56,555 bases of DNA, filler included, from Dirinaria sp. TL-2023a (GCA_051941275.1; 5 parts of 5 records of this genome joined end to end with filler, not necessarily neighbours in it); one strand, 5' to 3'. Counted from the first letter of the whole stretch, positions 1 through 11,350 are shown. The notes: generated from the letters alone by a model not told the origin. Made by a program: numbers and translations.

Positions 1-967
1 TGTATGTATGCATGCATTGAGCATTGAGCGTGGTGAGGATTCATGAGATTGATGAGCGATTGAGCCCCCACCCCTTTTTTGCTTTTTTCCTCCGGCTGAG
101 AGGTTCTGTTATTTAACACCCACTATATACTTCACATGAAGTATGCTGCTAAGCTCGACCCCTTCCCCCTTCTCTGAAACCTCAAGTTTCACTGATGAGT
201 CTGAGTCGTGCATCATAATTTCCTTCCGGGACCCTTGAGTGTTCGGCCAGAGACGAATGAGTCTTTTTTTGGTTTGTTTTCTTTGAAAGACGCAGAGATT
301 TCATAAAATCCATCGTAACCGAGAACTACACAGCTGTTTGTTTACTGTTGTTCTCTAAAAAGTCGTGGCCAGGTTTCTTTCGATACACCAACTTCTATAA
401 TGTACCTAGGTCTCGTGAGGAAGATTGAGGAAGAGGACCTGATCTGGCGGAAAATGTTCCCCCCGAGGCTTGTGATAAAGCCTGTGGCTTGGCTTCGCTT
501 CCACCTTTCCTGTTTTTCCTGGATTATGGCTGCCTTCTGCTGCTTCTGCCACTGCTCATGCCTTATTAGAGCTTTTTTTCTGGTCTTTGAGAGGGGGTTT
601 TGTTTGATGTTTTGGAGAAAGAGTGCGGGGTTTCCTAGATTCTTGTGGTTTGGGATTGGAGGATATGATGAGGGTGGTTGTAGGTGTGCAAGTTGTGGGG
701 TTGGATATGATAGTAGAATATTCGGTGAGAGGCTGGATCGATTGCTCTCTCTCAGAGTGAAAAACTTCAGTCAGAGCGCTCAGAGCGGATGGTGCTTGAT
801 TCACTGCCGTCTGTCGTTTTTGGATCTTTATGATGTGTGTTCTTTGAGGCAGCGAGAGGCTTATATTGCCTCACATGTGCACTGTTTGCGACATTCGACA
901 GATTTTACTTTGTGATTCCGAACAATAAACGTACAGTTGATAGGTTAGACCTTCTGTCCATATCTTT

Positions 968-1951
968 TCACATCTGACTCGCCAATTCATTCTTCGCCTT
1001 CTGGAACAGCCGTCCCAGCTCATCATCCGGCTGTGGAGGAGGCGGTTTTTGTGGCGGTTGCGTCTGTTTCGGGATCCGAGGCGCCGAGAGAAAAAATTGC
1101 GTGTCCGCGCTGGTTTGGAAGAGGGGAGTTGGGTTCTGTGACAGCGGTGGCGGCGGGGCAGGTGGGTTTGGTTTTACATCCAATACCGATTTTGTGCTGG
1201 TGGGTGGACTTACTGTTTGAGGTTGAGGATGATGCTGGGGTGGCTGAGGGTTTTGATATGCTTGACGATGAATTTCGTGCTGCTTCTGCAGCTGCCGTAG
1301 TTCTCGGCTCGCTTGGTCGAAGTCTTGCTCGAGCGTCCCATACTGCGGCCCCATCTGCGTCTTCATATCTGGCTCCGGCGCCTTGCGCGAGTTAGTACTA
1401 GTAGCCCCAGCTCGGGCCGCGCATTCGGTGATCAGATCCGCTGTTATCTCCCGTATTCCCTTTGTGGAGCCTGTCTCCTCCTCGAATATCCACAGCCCAT
1501 ATACCTTTTGCCTTCCGTCTCCACGGGCGTCTTCTTTCTGTAGGATCACGTACTCGCTCGTCTTTTCTACTTCTTCGCCATTCAACAGTTCCAGCCAAAA
1601 ATTCTCCAGCCCCCGACGGTTTAAGATCGTGACTGCGTACCGTTCTTGGCCCGTATTGGTTGATGGTGGGAGGGATAGTGAGCACACGAATAGCGTGCCT
1701 TCGATACCGCTTTTCTCCCACGCTGAGTTTGTAGGGTTGAAGATGTAGAGGACTGCATAGGGTGCGAGGGCGAGGAGTGAGGATGTGGATGGGAAGTGAC
1801 GTTGTAAGACTGAGAGGTTCAGTTCTAAGTTCGAGCGTTGCGGTGGAGGAGCCGGTGGAGGAGGCTCCGAGTCTGAGGCTGAAGGGTGATGACCATGTTG
1901 AGGTTGGGGTTTGGGTGGCAGGGGATGAAATTGCGGCTTTTGAGAGCTCAT
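968..1951 (-). CDS. DCP1: mRNA-decapping enzyme subunit 1 (Dcp1, EVH1 domain) with Pro/Gln-rich tails
   Basis: Intronless 327-aa ORF with Dcp1 signature LNLSVLQRH...APYAVLYIF...WEKSGIEGTLFVC...ILNRRGLENF...YVILQ...GLWIF. Confidence 0.92.
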   Translation of the reverse strand: MSSQKPQFHPLPPKPQPQHGHHPSASDSEPPPPAPPPQRSNLELNLSVLQRHFPSTSSLLALAPYAVLYIFNPTNSAWEKSGIEGTLFVCSLSLPPSTNTGQERYAVTILNRRGLENFWLELLNGEEVEKTSEYVILQKEDARGDGRQKVYGLWIFEEETGSTKGIREITADLITECAARAGATSTNSRKAPEPDMKTQMGPQYGTLEQDFDQASRELRQLQKQHEIHRQAYQNPQPPQHHPQPQTVSPPTSTKSVLDVKPNPPAPPPPLSQNPTPLFQTSADTQFFLSAPRIPKQTQPPQKPPPPQPDDELGRLFQKAKNELASQM

Positions 1952-2199
1952 GGCTTTTTGGGCATGATCAAGAAGGTAAAGGAGATTTTGATGTGCGAAG
2001 AGGTAGTGTGTGAGCTAATAACATCATTTGGCGAATATAAACAAGGGCGGAATTTCGGCCTTATCTCCGCTAAAAGCGCGCTTGGCGCTTGATCGAGGAC
2101 TGCAGTCCTCAATTTAAGACCTTCCTTTCACTCATGTAGCGCCAGACATAATGCATCTACTAAATGCTTTGGGTGTCCACGCTACTTGACTTTCGTCCT

Positions 2200-4270
2200 C
2201 TGATCAACTGATCCAGCCGATGGCTCAAGAATCGGCTATGCGGATGAGTACGACTCTAGACCCTAGGACTGGTAAGATATCTGCCTTGAGTGATTTGGCT
2301 CTCTGCCCGTCCCTTTCCTTTTTTTTTTTTTTTTTCTCTACCTACTCCTCGTCAAAGATACCATGATCCTCGAATCTGGTTCTGACGTTGAGATGTTCGC
2401 ATCAATAGCGCTCTCATTAAAACCTTTCCGTTACGAGGTATTTGCATCCACCATATACTTATCTCCTTAGATTTATCGTTATAGGCCACGGATCATTTCG
2501 ACTCCCTCTGTAGCTAGCTCCCTCTGATGGTATATAAGTAGGTTTTCATTATAGCCATTGCTTCTATCATCGCACGAACGATAGCTATCGCTAGGGGCCT
2601 TAAAGAACTTCCCCATATCTGAGAGCTGCACGCCAGACTTGTCATATACTATCGACATCCTAAATTCTCAAATGTTTTGAAACGGGCCTGTATTCGCATG
2701 CGAGCAGGTGGGTTCAAGGTCTCCAAATCATGTGTTGGCACTCTCTTGAGGGGCTTCACGAAACGCTGTCACCATTGGCTAACCCTAATAGACGCTGGCT
2801 GAATAGGGGGAAAACAATGCTCTTTGTTCTCGGAAATATTAGCTGAATTTTGGCTCTCCATATTTAGCCTGCTCCTCGTCGTTCCAGTTACCATTCACGG
2901 TGTTGGGATTATCATTAATAGAGTATCAAACCCTCTCATAACATTATTTTCTGATCAAAAAGAGCTCAGTATGGACTTGTCGCACCATTGACAAAGAAGG
3001 TCTCGCCTTTTACACAGCGAGAGCAAGTGCGTCTTCCATGGTATTTCCGCTTTAGGCCATTTTAAATTAGAAAGGCCTCGTAACCGTGCCCTGTAAGGAC
3101 ATGCAGACTTTTTGGTATTAGTCGAATCAGCTAATCTGTTGGTCTCTTGACTGTCTGTTTAGTTGCGGACGCGAAAAAGGAGTCTCATCTAATCTCTTTC
3201 TTCAACTTCTGCCAGTTCAAACGGTCGATCACCATTAGTCCACTAACTAGGAACTCGATATCGTCTTGATCATGATCACTTGGACCAATGGGGATTCGAG
3301 CCGCGGCTGCTCATTAATGGCAGTCATCCTTCATGCGGAGCCTTCATACTAACGAGCAACGTAACGCACGCTTTGCTCAGCTCTTAAGTACTAAATTTTG
3401 ACTTCTCAAAATGGCGTCTATCGTTCAAGCGTCTATGACCTAAGGCAGGTATTTTGTAAGCTACCTGCCAGCCTCTCCCCATATTGGAGGCTGAAATACT
3501 AAACCGCCCCGCTCTTTGAGAGGTTTAAAACCGTGTCAGACCTCTGGTACCTTAAGATACGAAGTATCTCCTTCGAATAGCATCTTCATCGCTCGAGATC
3601 TAGGCCTTTGCGACCTATGGAGTGGTTGAAAAGCTGAGCCGGAGAAGGAAAAGCCTGTCGGACTGACGATGGAACGATGGATAAGACAGGTGTCCAGATT
3701 GCGAATGGGAAACGAGAACTTTGCATAATACATAATGGATGGACGATGATCGATACAGGCCATGAGGTGTAAACATCCGTAAATTCGCAATCCCTCCAAA
3801 ATCTCTAGTAGCCGACCTATCTTTGACAACCTTATGTGGTGGTGTGTCCTGCAGGTAAACTGTTATCACCGGCTCCTTGGATCATGCATGCGTTGCAATG
3901 TGTTGTGAAGCTCGTAACAGAGTCAAATTAAAGCTATGTGTTGGGGAGTACTGTGATGGACTAACTTTATCTCAAGCAATCAGCACTCGTAGCTTGTTAC
4001 GAGGCTTTATTTCCAAGAATATCCTTTCTTACTTCCGCACAAATCTGCATCTGCTCAAATCGTGCCACAGCCAGTATGGCAATTCTCAATACCAGCATCA
4101 TGTCATACAGCCAGTTTATTGTTATGTACGAATGGGGCACTCTAGCGTCCGTCATTGCAATCGCAGCATTGGAGATTGCCAATACTGGAGCCGTGGGAGA
4201 TATAGATGAGTTGGTGAGGATGATTGTATTCTACCAAGTATACTTGCTGGCCATATTGACTTGGGATTTC
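2200..4270 (+). ncRNA. TER: Candidate telomerase RNA (template + pseudoknot core; both ends approximate)
   Basis: Template CTAACCCTAA at 2779-2788. Colinear helices 2793-2807/3154-3167 and 2838-2860/3113-3135, U-rich loop 2861-2865, inserted stem 2869-3106, and crossing stem 3105-3113/3174-3185 form an H-type pseudoknot. Many further helices run to ~4270. No convincing ORF in 2100-4075. Confidence 0.7.
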
Positions 4271-5547
4271 GCCGTGGAGCCTTTCTACAATGCATTCCTT
4301 TCGCCTGTTTGCTCCGCATTCGTGGACCATCTAACATGCTTGGAAGAGCCCGTGGTCACTCTTCCAGCGATTCAAAAGTTCGCGGAGCGACATGGCCTTC
4401 ATGCGGCGCCAGGCTCAAGATCGCAGGACTCCCACGCAGAGGCATCTGAGGAACAACGCCATAAGAGTACTGGTCGTCAAGCTGGTGATAAGAGTATTAC
4501 ACTGGAGCGAAGGCTCCATCCTTCCCTGTTGTCGGATGACGTGGAGATCAATAAAGACATTGAGTTGAAGGAAGTCTCGCAGCCCTTTCCGGCTCACGAG
4601 CACAGCAAGGTAGAACGGGGCCCTAATTGCTGTCCAGAGTCTCTGAATTTACCAGTCACTGATCATGTATTCAGGAAGAATGTTGCCTTCTATTACGGAA
4701 GCTACCTCTAGAGGCCAGAAGGCTTGTGTATGCGGAGCTACTAATAGCTGGCATAATCGAGAACGCATTTTACCTCGTGTACGACAAAGTTAATACGCTC
4801 GTGTATTCAGAGAAGGATCAGCGCCTCCTCAAGTTCAAAATCGACTCCACAGTACTCAGAACATGCCGTCAGATATACGATGAGGCACTACCCATGCTCT
4901 ACCAGGACAACACTTTCGTATTCAGCGATTCTATCCAAATGTCAGGCTTCCGCGATAAAGGTTTGCCTGAGAAGCCAGGTAAGTCTTTCCTGAGACTGTC
5001 TATGTCCAACTAGCCAGCTTCACCGGGCTAATAAACCTCAGACCCATCCAATTACCTCCTACGAGTTCCTGCATTCAGATTCGCTCCCTGCTCCCAAGGC
5101 CGACTTTCGCTCATTCGAAAGCTGGTTCTCAATCTGACCAACGAAACCGCACAACGTAGCTATCGGCTCGTCTCCGGTCGCTGGGTTCCGACTCGAAGCG
5201 ATATCCAATCCATGTGGACCGAATTTTTCCAGGAAAACCTCTATGAGGATGACAGATACCGCCCGAGAATCCGGTTTCCCTCTCTCACAGACCTTCTGTT
5301 GAACTTCAGCGACTGGAATTTGACTGCTGATGACGCTCTCGTGGTATGTACCTCATGGATCGGATGAGGGTGTTAGTATACATAGCTTATACCCTGGCAG
5401 GTCCGCCCTTTTGTGCAGAGATTGGAGACGGCTGAGAAACTAAATAGGCTTGAGATTAGGGGCGTTTTACATCTCAAGTCGCTCGAGGAGCTGAGAAAGG
5501 GGTTGTTGAAGGAAAATGGCATATTTGTGGTCACTTGTGGACGGTAA
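4076..5547 (+). CDS. DUF7730/F-box-like protein, paralogue 1 (start codon uncertain)
   Basis: Exons 4076-4609, 4675-4978, 5042-5343, 5401-5547 with in-frame GT-AG introns. Motifs LLRKLPLEARRLVYAELL, IDSTVLRTCRQIYDEALPMLYQDNTF, QGRLSLIRKL, FPSLTDLLLNFSDW, RPFV. Confidence 0.75.
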
Positions 5548-6252
5548 TCTATCAGGGCAGGAATGTGGTTAGCTGAATAATGTCAACGCTATATAATGCT
5601 GAAATAGATCTGAAACAGCTTGCATCGCTATAGAAATCAATACAATATTTAGATGGGGTAGCAATAAAAATTCTCCAAGATAGTTCTCGCTAAGCCTTTG
5701 AACTTGGGAGAGAAAACACTCTATTGAATCGAAAGACAAATCAGTAAAGTTAGATCCAATACGATGACATCTATGACTGCTTAAAGTAATGCTGGTAATT
5801 GCTGTGCTCTGAAATCGATGTTTGTTTATAGAAACATCCAAAGATTATCTAAGCGAAGATCAACAGCATAATTTCAAAGAAACAGCATCGTAATCTGTGA
5901 ATCAGACGCGTCGATCTAGCATCAATTTTTCTCGCCACATCCACACATGAGTTTGTGCCACACTCGTCGATGTCAATCTGCGAGACGTTCTCTCTCGACA
6001 TGAGAAGAACAGCTTCTTTATAGAGTCTTTTCATCACTCTGCGATCGAGATTCTCACAGACAACGATTTCGCGTTAGCAGATCAATATCTCGTGTGCGGC
6101 GATTTCGTGTTAACAAGTCAGTATCTCATATCTCGCGACTTGATGTTGACATTACTCTGCAATATCTACACTCACACAGATGTTTGCAAAGCTTTTTGAA
6201 TATATTATGCTGACAGTGCAGCATCTTAGAAGAATCTCTTGAAGAGACGAGA

Positions 6253-8058
6253 ATGAATACGGACAAAAATTCCTCGAGCGGATCGAATCAGAAAGATTTT
6301 CGTCTCTCGAGTGACGATGCTCGACAAACATTCAACAATTCTTCGATAGCGCCGCTACAAGCAGAATCATCTCGCACAAAAATCTCCAATATCCTCAATT
6401 TCCAAATCGTCGAGAATCCCTCCGAAGAAGAAGACGATGATGCACTTGCAGCCAGAGCCGAATCACGACTTAACGAAGTCACGTCGGAAGCGATCAACTT
6501 TGCTCGAGGGATCATTACGAGTCAAGCGCAGATGCTTTCTCAGGAGAACACTTTCAGCGAACAAGCACAGCATACTGCGGTGTTGCCCACTGACTTCAAA
6601 TTCAGTTACGTTGGACCCAGTTACGGTACTACGTTCGAAGCGGAGGCAGGAAATTATGAGAGTTCTCTTGCTTCGCATCAATCTCAGAACGATGCTCCCA
6701 GTGAAGATACACAAGATGGGTCGATGCCTAAGTGTAGCTATATCGAGCGTTGTCCAGGCAAGAGGGCACGGACAGATGGGGAACAGGAACGAATGGAGAA
6801 GAGAGCTGACACCATCAGCAACTCTGAACGCTCAGAGACAGTACCGCAAAACTGTCTAGCTATGTCGGAGATATACGTCAACTACAACTCCACGCCTACA
6901 CAAGCATTAAAATTAGAACATACTTCACTCAAGAAAGGGCACAAGTCCGCATTCTTCGACCTTATAAAAAATAAGAAGCTAGAAGACGTTCCGTACGCCG
7001 AGCTAATTGCTGCGCTGGATGAGCTTAAGAACATCGAAATCAGCCCTTGCCCCTTGTCTAATAGGTCTGAGAGCATCAAAAGTGACGCGTGTCCCTTGAT
7101 CGATACTTCTGAGAATATCGAAAGCGACTCGTGTCCTTTGCCCAACAGGCCAAAGAGCATTGAAGGCGGCACGTCTTCCTCGATCGATAAGCCTAAGAGC
7201 TCGGAAAGTTGTCCGTGCCCCTTATTCGGAAAATGGCCTCTCGAGATCCGAGAACTGCTCTACAAACTGTTGCTGGTTGCCGGCCATATCACGCACCCAG
7301 GACAACTTGTAGAGAACGATGTCACTACCTTCGTCTACAAAGAGCATGAGAAACCATCGAATTGCCTGGGAATAGACTCGACCATTCTTCGTACATGCCG
7401 TCGAATCTACAATGAGGCGCTGCCCATCCTGTACGGCCACAACAATTTTGTGTTCGATAACCCAAGATCCATTGAGGCATTCCGCCAAGAAAGCCTAGTT
7501 GATATGCTCCGTAAGTCGTGTGATCGATATACTTGTTGTGTCGATCAGCAATACTGACAAACCACAACTCTAGACAACGATTTCGGGTTTTCCTTGTCCT
7601 TCGGATTTCAGCCTTGTCCTCATGGAAGGCTGACAATGATACGCAAGATGACCATATTCCTTACCGATGAGCAAGGTCTCAGCCTTCAGCGAGCGCACGT
7701 TCGACCAGTCATTCGTGAGTGGGTAATTCGTCTTTGGCAACACTTTTTGCAGCAAAGTCGATTTAGAAGAGGGGCATTTACTCAGCCCATCGCGGAGTTC
7801 CCAGCTTTAGAAGATCTGACTTTGGACTTTTCCGTGTGGCGGCTTGCTGCTGACGAAGTAGTGGTGGTACGTTGAGACAATCCAGATGCATCCAAATATG
7901 CTGATCTTAATTTACAGCATCGCCCGTTCGTTGAAAGATTCAGTACGCCGAATGGGTTAAGTCGACTCGAGATCAGGGGAATTCAACACCAGCAAACTCT
8001 CGACGCTCTCCGTCGAGGGCTTCTCAGAAACGGTGGAAGATTCGTCATAAGTTTGTAG
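6253..8058 (+). CDS. DUF7730/F-box-like protein, paralogue 2
   Basis: Exons 6253-7510, 7574-7866, 7918-8058. Motifs CPLFGKWPLEIRELLYKLLL, IDSTILRTCRRIYNEALPILYGHNNF, HGRLTMIRKM, FPALEDLTLDFSVW, RPFVERF. N-terminal 14-aa repeats of the type CPLxxRxESIxSD. Confidence 0.8.
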
Positions 8059-8686
8059 ACGAATGTGGTATGGAAAAGCCAGAAAGAAAAAGCCTTAAGG
8101 GATAAGGACTTCGAAAAGTTAGCGTCAAATTTCGTGAAAGATGGACTGCTAGATATCAAAATGCTCTGAGCCTCTAGATTGCATTACGCCGTCTGGACTC
8201 GATCGATTATTCGCTCTCATTAGATTCGAAAGTAGCAAAAGAGCGATTACGAAGGAAAGTTTCTACCCACGTTCTACCCGTTTGCTGAATCATCCAACGA
8301 CTGCTTGATTTTCCCAAGAGCTCCTGAGAACCCTGCAACCAGCAAGTGATAGAGAGAATTCTCCTCACAACCAATGTAAAACCCAAAAGTGAACGGGCAA
8401 AACCACATTCACCAGCCTTCAAGCCCAGCCAAGTGACACCTCTATGAGATCCAATAAGTCCATTAGCACTAATCAACACCTAAGCACTAGAAATGATAGC
8501 CAAGCCAGTGTGAAGTCATAAGTGTGGAAAATCGCAAGAGTTGAGACCATAACACTCTGAATCTGGGACCCAGGTCTAACACCTGCAGCACCGATTCTTC
8601 GGGTATATCAGGCTTTCCCCTTTCAATGAACTCCCTTCCACCTTTCCAAGCTCTGGCAAACTGATATACGGAAACTCTAAGTCGTC

Positions 8687-11231
8687 ATGGGGAACACTGC
8701 AACGCGCCCCATATCGGCCAAGGAGCCTCCTGCAGAGGCAGACAACAAAAATGAACAAGTACCAGCTCCAGAGCCGCCGCAGAACCTGTCAGAACGTGAC
8801 TTGAGAGTTACCGTGGCTGACGATGATGAGGATGATGCTGCTGCTTCTCCCCCTGAGCAGGTTATATCTTTCGATGAAGAGCTTTCCAGGGTATTAGACT
8901 CCTTATCTTTGAGCAAAGATATTTCGAGCGACAACCAAGAGATCCTCGACAATGCTGGTTTACGAAAACCCGAGCCCAGCAATCACAAGCCCATTCGAGC
9001 ATTCAAGCCCGTAACCCCTTCTGACACAAAAGAGAACCAGTCGCCGCATCGTATCCCCTTTCCGCGCCGCAACTGGTACACTCCTGGCACAACCGAGAAC
9101 CCCGAACGGCGCTACGTACTTCCTCGATTACAGCAGAATGCCGAGAAAGCGAAAGCTACTGCATCCCATCGCACCAAATGGCCAATGCCAGCTCCTGGCA
9201 GAGCTTACGGGGCCGATGAGGGAGACTCGAAGAAGACGAGAATGGATCTACCACCCCGACGCCCAGACGAGACCTGGGACCGATTCATAGCCAGAGTGAA
9301 AGAGGTTTACTTGCAAGATCCGCATCCGCGGTATACGAATGTTCCTATCCAACGTCCTGGCGAGACCACGCAGCAATGGATCGACCGGGTGGTTAAGCTA
9401 TACACGCAGGACCGAGACCATGGGAGCACAGGGACTGAAAAGCGTGTAGAGGTTCCAGTCAATGGGGCTAATCAAGCAAGCGGTACAGGCATTGATAAAA
9501 AGCGGGCTCAGACGCTCATCGACGAGGCTACCGAGCGATTCAAGTATTTGGACACGGCTTTTGGACAGCGCACGAGTACAACGCCAAAGACCGAGGTGAC
9601 TGCATCCATGGAGCGGTTAGTGGCAGGAACTCCTCCCATGAAGCGACCCCATCACCAGTTCGCATTCTGGGAGTCGTGCACGGCCGATAATGTGGATGCG
9701 AATCTGGCTGCTAGGCTCAAGGATCCTGCCCATATCAAGGTCGGCTTGATGGATCTTATGCAAGAAGAGCGGAACTCCGATACTAGCAATTCGAAGCGGG
9801 TGAAGTCGGGTCCTACTCCAAAACCGAGAAGAAAACCTGGTCCAGTGCGTGGTTTGGGTATTTTTGACCCGAAGACCAAGCTTGGTTTGACTGTCGCTAA
9901 TAGCCAGCCATTGTCTGCCCCTCGTGATCTAGGAGATGGTGGTAGAGAAGTCGCTGAGGAAACGAGTGAAGTCAAAGAAGTTACCGCTAACGAAAACAAA
10001 GCCAAAGGCGGTTCAACAGAGACCAAGGACGATAAAGCCAAGAAGAGCAAAACAAAGGAAGTCACAGCCGGGGAGGGTAAAACCAAGAACGACAAAGCCA
10101 GGAAGAGTAAGAAGAGCAAAGCCCAGGAAGGCACAGCCAAGCAAGCTGAAGTCAAAGGTGGTGCAACCGGAGACGGCAAACCCAAGGATGACTTAGCGAA
10201 GAAGAGCAAAGCCCAGGAAGATACCATCAAAACCAGTCTAGGGAAAGGAACTACGGACAAACTCGTACCTCATGAGCCCACTTCTTCCCAAAAGCAATTC
10301 CAATGCCCGCTGCTCGAATACCTCCCCGTCGAAATCCGACTTCTGATCTATAAGCATCTGCTCGTGGCCGATAAAGTGATTCGAGGCGGCGAACTGGTCC
10401 AAGACAAGCTGATCTCCCTCATCATCCCCGACCAGCGGCCTCCAATGTTAGATCTCGGTATCGATTCCACGATTCTTCGCACCTGTCGTCAGATTTATCG
10501 CGAAGCTCTACCGATACTGTACAAAGACAATACATTCGGGTTTTCTCAAGTTAAGATGATCAAAGCGTTCAAGAAAGAGGGTTTGGTGCCGGCGAGAAGT
10601 AAGTAGTATGCCCTCATCCTTCCAAATCCCTTCTCTTTCCCAAAAAAAAAAAAAAAAAGGGAGCAAAGTATTCTAACACCTCACCAGCAACCGACAACTG
10701 CAACTCAATAGAATGGATCATGAAGAGCATCTCGGAATTCAACTTTACACCCACACCCCAAGGGCGCCTAAGCCTGGTGCGCAAACTCCACCTCCGATTC
10801 ACGGGCCAACCGCGACCAGCCACAGGCCACGGCCAGAGTAGAAGCTACTACGAACCGAACCAGTGGGCAAAGTTCCTGCAGGAGAGCCGCTACGAGGAAA
10901 AAGCCAAGTACACCTACTTCCCCTCCCTAACGCACCTGACGCTCGATTTCTCGGAGTGGAAAATGACGAAGCATGAGGGTGTTGCTGTAAGTTTCCCCCT
11001 CCCCCCTTCCCACACTTTTCTTTTCCCTTTTTTTTTTTTTAACTAGTTGCTGATATGGAGAAATAGCTCCGTCCCTTCGTAGAGAAATTCAAAGTCCCCC
11101 ACGGCTTGCAGAGCTTGACACTTTTTGGGTTTTACCATATGGGATCGAGCGATGCGTTGAAGGAAGGCCTGGTGGCGAAGGATGGACAGATGAGGCTTTA
11201 TAGGAAGGATTGTCCTCTCCCGACGTTCTGA
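8687..11231 (+). CDS. DUF7730/F-box-like protein, paralogue 3, with long disordered Lys-rich N-terminus
   Basis: Exons 8687-10598, 10688-10986, 11067-11231. Motifs CPLLEYLPVEIRLLIYKHLL, IDSTILRTCRQIYREALPILYKDNTF, QGRLSLVRKL, FPSLTHLTLDFSEW, RPFVEKF. Confidence 0.85.
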
Positions 11232-11250
11232 GGGATAGGGGGAGTTGGGG

Positions 11251-11350
11251 NNNNNNNNNNNNNNNNNNNNNNNNNNNNNNNNNNNNNNNNNNNNTTAATT
11301 AATTAANNNNNNNNNNNNNNNNNNNNNNNNNNNNNNNNNNNNNNNNNNNN
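11251..11350. other. Artificial contig-joining linker
   Basis: N44-TTAATTAATTAA-N44, with stop codons in all six frames. Confidence 0.98.

Noticed and set aside
400..915. ORFs 400-915 (+) and 556-804 (-)
   Set aside because: Low-complexity composition, no recognisable motif or consistent gene structure.
9652..10260. 202-aa hydrophobic antisense ORF, and similar shadow ORFs over DCP1, the GTPase and GEL1
   Set aside because: Mirror frames of genuine coding regions.
11295..11306. TTAATTAATTAA recurring every ~11.3 kb as a biological repeat
   Set aside because: Always embedded in N44 runs; it is a six-frame-stop assembly linker.
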